Source: Ascidiella aspersa
Taxonomy: Eukaryota
DNA: 64,000 nucleotides
Assembly: GCA_963924565.1 (NCBI GenBank)
Contig: OZ004614.1
Span: 558,001 to 622,000 of the forward strand
Reading direction: 5' to 3'
Positions 60,201 through 64,000 of the stretch are shown here, piece by piece. The notes below the pieces were generated by a model that was not told where the DNA came from, searched no databases, and saw nothing but the letters and a program-made list of their open reading frames with translations. The stretch's first letter is position 1. Every line of letters begins with the position of its first letter. Made by a program: the position numbers and the translations under genes.

Positions 60201-63073
60201 ACCGACGAGGCGTGGAGACTCATCTGGTCGACCTGACCAAGTGGAGTCGTTACTGACAGAATCAGGTCACGTGACCCGTGTGTTTATGATCTGATATTAG
60301 TTGATGCATGTTGGTAGATTTAGTATCTCGCTTTATCAAGGAAATGGCAAATATGTGTAATGAATACTCCAAAAACATTAGGATGAACAGAAAACACATT
60401 CACAAATGGAGACTTGTGGTGTCACAAAAGGAATTAAAGTTTGTCAAAAAGTTCAAATCGTTTTGATTAATCACATGGAATAAAACTCCGGTTTTTGTAT
60501 AAAAAAGAGATTTCTTTGAATACGATAATTTAATCAAACTTTTTTTTTACAAAGCCTTGAATTTCATGAGAAACGATTTATAGTTTTATTTAAATAATTT
60601 TTAGATTATTTTATAAGATTTGATGCAAAGGCAAATTTGTATATAAATATATCTACCTAGTTTAATGAAAAAGTTCTGTTACTTAAAAATAGTAGATTTA
60701 AATTTTGGACTTTTAAGTAGAAATTTTTTTGAAGTTAAATTCAGTCTATATACATCGCGAAATATTGAATAGAATAATGCTCAAACTCCACACGAACCAT
60801 GTTTCCCAATCCCAGAGCTTCCTTCTCGTAAACTGTTTTCTCAATCTCAGCTGTTGCCAATCTTTGTCGAAGATCGTTGTTTTGGGCTTCGATCTAAATA
60901 CACAAGAAAATAACAAAAACCCACAAAAACAACAAAACTTAAAATAAATCACACTTTGCTAAGTATAGTTCAACCGTAATTAGATAAGATTTTTAAAGCG
61001 CAAAAAATTACTGAAATGTTTATATTTTTCGACTTGGCTTAAATTCAAGGGTGATTTTGCGAAAAAGAAAATGGAAAGTGCTAATTTTTTTTATTTTTTT
61101 TAAATGTCCTTTACCCTTTTTATAATCTGCTCCAATGTCAACCAACCTTCTGTAACTTTTCGTCCACGCTCTGTAGTTCCCAGTGAAGCGAGACGGCCAC
61201 GTGACGACAAAGTTTCGTCTCTTCTTCCAATTCGCCAACCCGTTCCGCATCGCTGGACACCGCCTCGGACCTGGTAATAAGCGTCAGGGGTTAACACCGC
61301 CGCTCAAATCTGGCGTAACATCATACAGTTTAACAAAGGTTTTGCATCGAAGTTGGGAATTCAAGTTTAAAATTTATGTTAAAAGACAATGACGCGGCTT
61401 GGAATTGACATTGACGTAAGACATTTCAAAAAAACTTGTTTAGAAAAAAAAAACAAAAAAAACTTAAACACTTACACTAATTGCTAAAACCTATATGTAC
61501 AAAAACTTCTTCAAAACCATTTAACAAACTGATTTCCAAACCTCATGAGTACTTTAGCGTCTATTATAAGTTTAATATTTACTTTAAAGTGCAAATACGT
61601 GGTTTGAAATTATATCATTATAACAGGCTTTAAATACAAAAACGAAAATTTTTATTGAAATTTTTGAAAATTACCCCACCTAAACGGACTTAATCTACTA
61701 AAAAAAGACCTGTTTACAACACTATTAAAAACTAAATGATAAAGCCTATTTTCCACAAAACCGTGAAAAAACTGCTTTCCAAATCTCATATGCTAAACAT
61801 TTAGGGGTGAGTAGTCTTTATAGAAAGCTTTAAAAAATAAAAAAACAATATTCGCCTACCTCATGAGTTGATACTCTAGGATGCGGCAAGTTCTCCTGGT
61901 GGATTGCAGCTCCCTCCTCAGTTCCTGCATCTTCTCCGCCTCCATCTTCTGATCAGGATCGAAGTCGTCATAAAGCTCGTAAGCCTCGAAAACCACCTGC
62001 TCAAGGTCGTTCAGCAAGGTCAGCGTCGCGTTAGACACGTCGAGGCGACCCTAGTGGCAAGAAATAAAGATATTATTTGCCGCTTGGAGGCGATACAGAT
62101 TCACAGCAAGTCTTGTTTATACAGAATTTATGAATGTGACAGTGCGATTGGTATTTAACTATTATTTATCTGTTTAAATTACCATCATTTAGCGATTCAC
62201 AAAATAAGCGAACAATTAAAACACAAACTACTGTTTAAAAAACTAAAAAAACTTTAAAGGATTCAAAGCAAATGTGTTTTTCTGCTGTTTTTGGATTCAG
62301 TCGCGCACTTTAAGGCGCTTCCAGTGGCATAAAATTAAAAATATTTATAACCGCTTGGCTGTAGTAAAGAGTCAAAAACAAACCAATTAAACACAAGAAA
62401 TTACAAATTAGAGTAAAAATGCAAATAGTTTGTATTTCTGCTCCTTCTGACTCCAGTAGTGATTCCGTAATTATCGAATCACAGCAATAGTTTATAAAAC
62501 AGAACCAAAAGTGACATGTATGTCATAAACAGCTGTAAGTATCACACCTTGTGCTGCACAGTGATGTGGTCTCTGATGCGCCGCAAGCGGTTGTGGATAT
62601 GTTTGCTTCTGTCCGTTAGGTGGCGCCTGAAGTAGGAGTTAGGTGAGAGATCTTCGAATCTTCCATCACATCCCTCGCTCCCATCCAACGATATATCGTC
62701 AACGTAATCATCCTCCGACACTGACGTCACGTATGACGTAGTGGTCTGTGACGCATCGGGAGTGACGTCATCGCACCGTAAGCGGAATATCTCGTCGAGG
62801 GTGGGAGCTTTGCTGTGATCGGTCTGTGATGAAACGTTCTGGCGAGGCCGGGGTTCGAACCCGGAAAGTTCGGTTTGCGAGGAGCGGTGACTCCTCCCGG
62901 AGTGAGAGTGGGAGGAGCTCCTTGCTCTTTGGAGTTTGCTCCGAGGAGTGAATCCGCTCCTGAGGGAAGATGTGGAGTCGGGATGCTCACGGAACGAAAC
63001 CAACTTCCGGGTTTGTTGCTTCTCATTGTTCGGTTTGTCTTCGTCACAATCGAACTTGAATCTTTCCAGAACT
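54270..63073 (-). CDS. SOGA/MTCL family coiled-coil protein, SOGA3/MTCL3-like, 5'-partial
   Basis: Exons 63073-62548, 62050-61860, 61270-61147, 60893-60798, 60232-60080, ~59829-59623, ~58842-58718, ~58332-58274, ~57586-57392, ~57149-57050, ~56506-56299, 55193-55028, 54380-54270. SOGA signatures MQELRRELQSTRRTCRILEYQL, LEEETKLCRHVAVSLHWEL, ELQRQIKFLDEE and DLKIRIRMAEDQAGVLGRRVMLLELEN; hydrophobic C-terminus LFKLVFLSVLFFGF*. Confidence 0.85.
55363..55632. mobile_element. hAT (Blackjack-type) MITE
   Basis: TIRs TAGGCCTACCATAT / ATATGGTAGCCCTA; imperfect 8-bp TSD TCACAATG / CCACAAAG; internal TGTCCTC motifs. Confidence 0.65.
56530..56800. repeat. (GTT)n / T-rich low-complexity intron segment
   Basis: TGTTGTTGC runs; explains the hydrophobic spurious ORFs here. 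Confidence 0.8.
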
Positions 63074-64000
63074 CTGAGACGAACGAAAGATTTTATAAAA
63101 AAATTATTTTATTTGAGGTTTGTTGTCAGCGTCTGAAGCCGCCAATATTTATCACATGAAAAACACAACAACGTTTTCAGACTAAACCATTATTTTAGTG
63201 AATCAATAGGAAGTTATTTGTTGCTAAGGTAACTGGTTGTATTTTTGTCACACATTTTCTTTTCCTGCTGTATTTCCATATTTATTCTTCTAACTCGTCG
63301 GATATGGAAGCAAATTGCATAAAATTAAACAAAAATATGTAAATTATCGACGTTATACTAGGTCTTGCTTGTATTTATTAAAATGTTCTTCAATGTAAAC
63401 TATTCTGGTTTCAAGTCAACATAAATACGAAGATGAGTTCAAATGTTGAAGCTACACTAAAAGCTAAAAATCAAATTAATTCGGTGTTGCAACAAAAATG
63501 CACCAATCACGTTGAAATAGACACCACAATGTAAACTCGACCTGTTTGGCTTAATTGTCCGTTAAATCACAGAAAATACCATAAAAAACACATTTTATTG
63601 TTAAAGCTACATAAAAACAGAATTTAATTCGATGAAAAAATTGCACCAATCACGTTTTTCCGATTGTTGTGTATCAGACAAAAAGTCATTTCGCCTAAAA
63701 TAGAGTTTCCTTACAACATTATTGCACGTATTTGCCAGACAATATCGCGTGACACAAATAAATCGCCCAAGCTATCGAATTGCAAGCAATTAAATCACAA
63801 TATTCCGTTGTGTTTTGCGATTTCCTTCAACCTTAACTTAATGTGTTTACAACCTGCGTGAGACCAAGCATTGAATACCCGCGGTATTTCGCTCAGCACG
63901 GTAAAGCGTGGAAGTAAATGCCATCAGCTGTAAATAGAAACTAAAAAACTCTCGTAAACCAAAAGCACAAAAACCCACCGGGTTTACCAGAAAGGATGCA

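Overview
AT-rich, intron-dense animal genomic DNA, most likely an invertebrate chordate such as an ascidian (inferred from compact introns, chordate-type gene families and very abundant TGACGTCA). I spliced six protein-coding genes by hand, checking GT/AG sites and codon phase. (1) + strand, 3406-18495: a CDHR5/PCDH15-type cadherin receptor with a catalytically dead tyrosine-kinase-like domain. (2) + strand, 20773-31302: a KLHL9/13-like BTB-BACK-Kelch gene with a long C-terminal tail. (3) + strand, 34776-37084: a 187-aa secreted protein with one TSP1-like module and a Ser/Lys (KSKSS)n tail. (4) - strand, 37724-38499: GEMIN7. (5) + strand, 39876-51736: a 923-aa type II membrane protein joining a PKDCC/VLK-like domain to a FAM20/FJX/GASK-like domain, both apparently pseudokinases. 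(6) - strand, 54270->63073, 5'-partial: a SOGA3/MTCL3-like coiled-coil gene. Non-coding DNA holds hAT MITEs with 8-bp TSDs, tRNA-derived SINE pieces, a G-rich minisatellite and Penelope-type hammerhead-ribozyme repeats. One of these is a perfect palindrome with 114-bp arms and a 13-bp TSD. There is a 138-N assembly gap at 12802-12939. Family assignments rest on remembered motifs; no database search was run.
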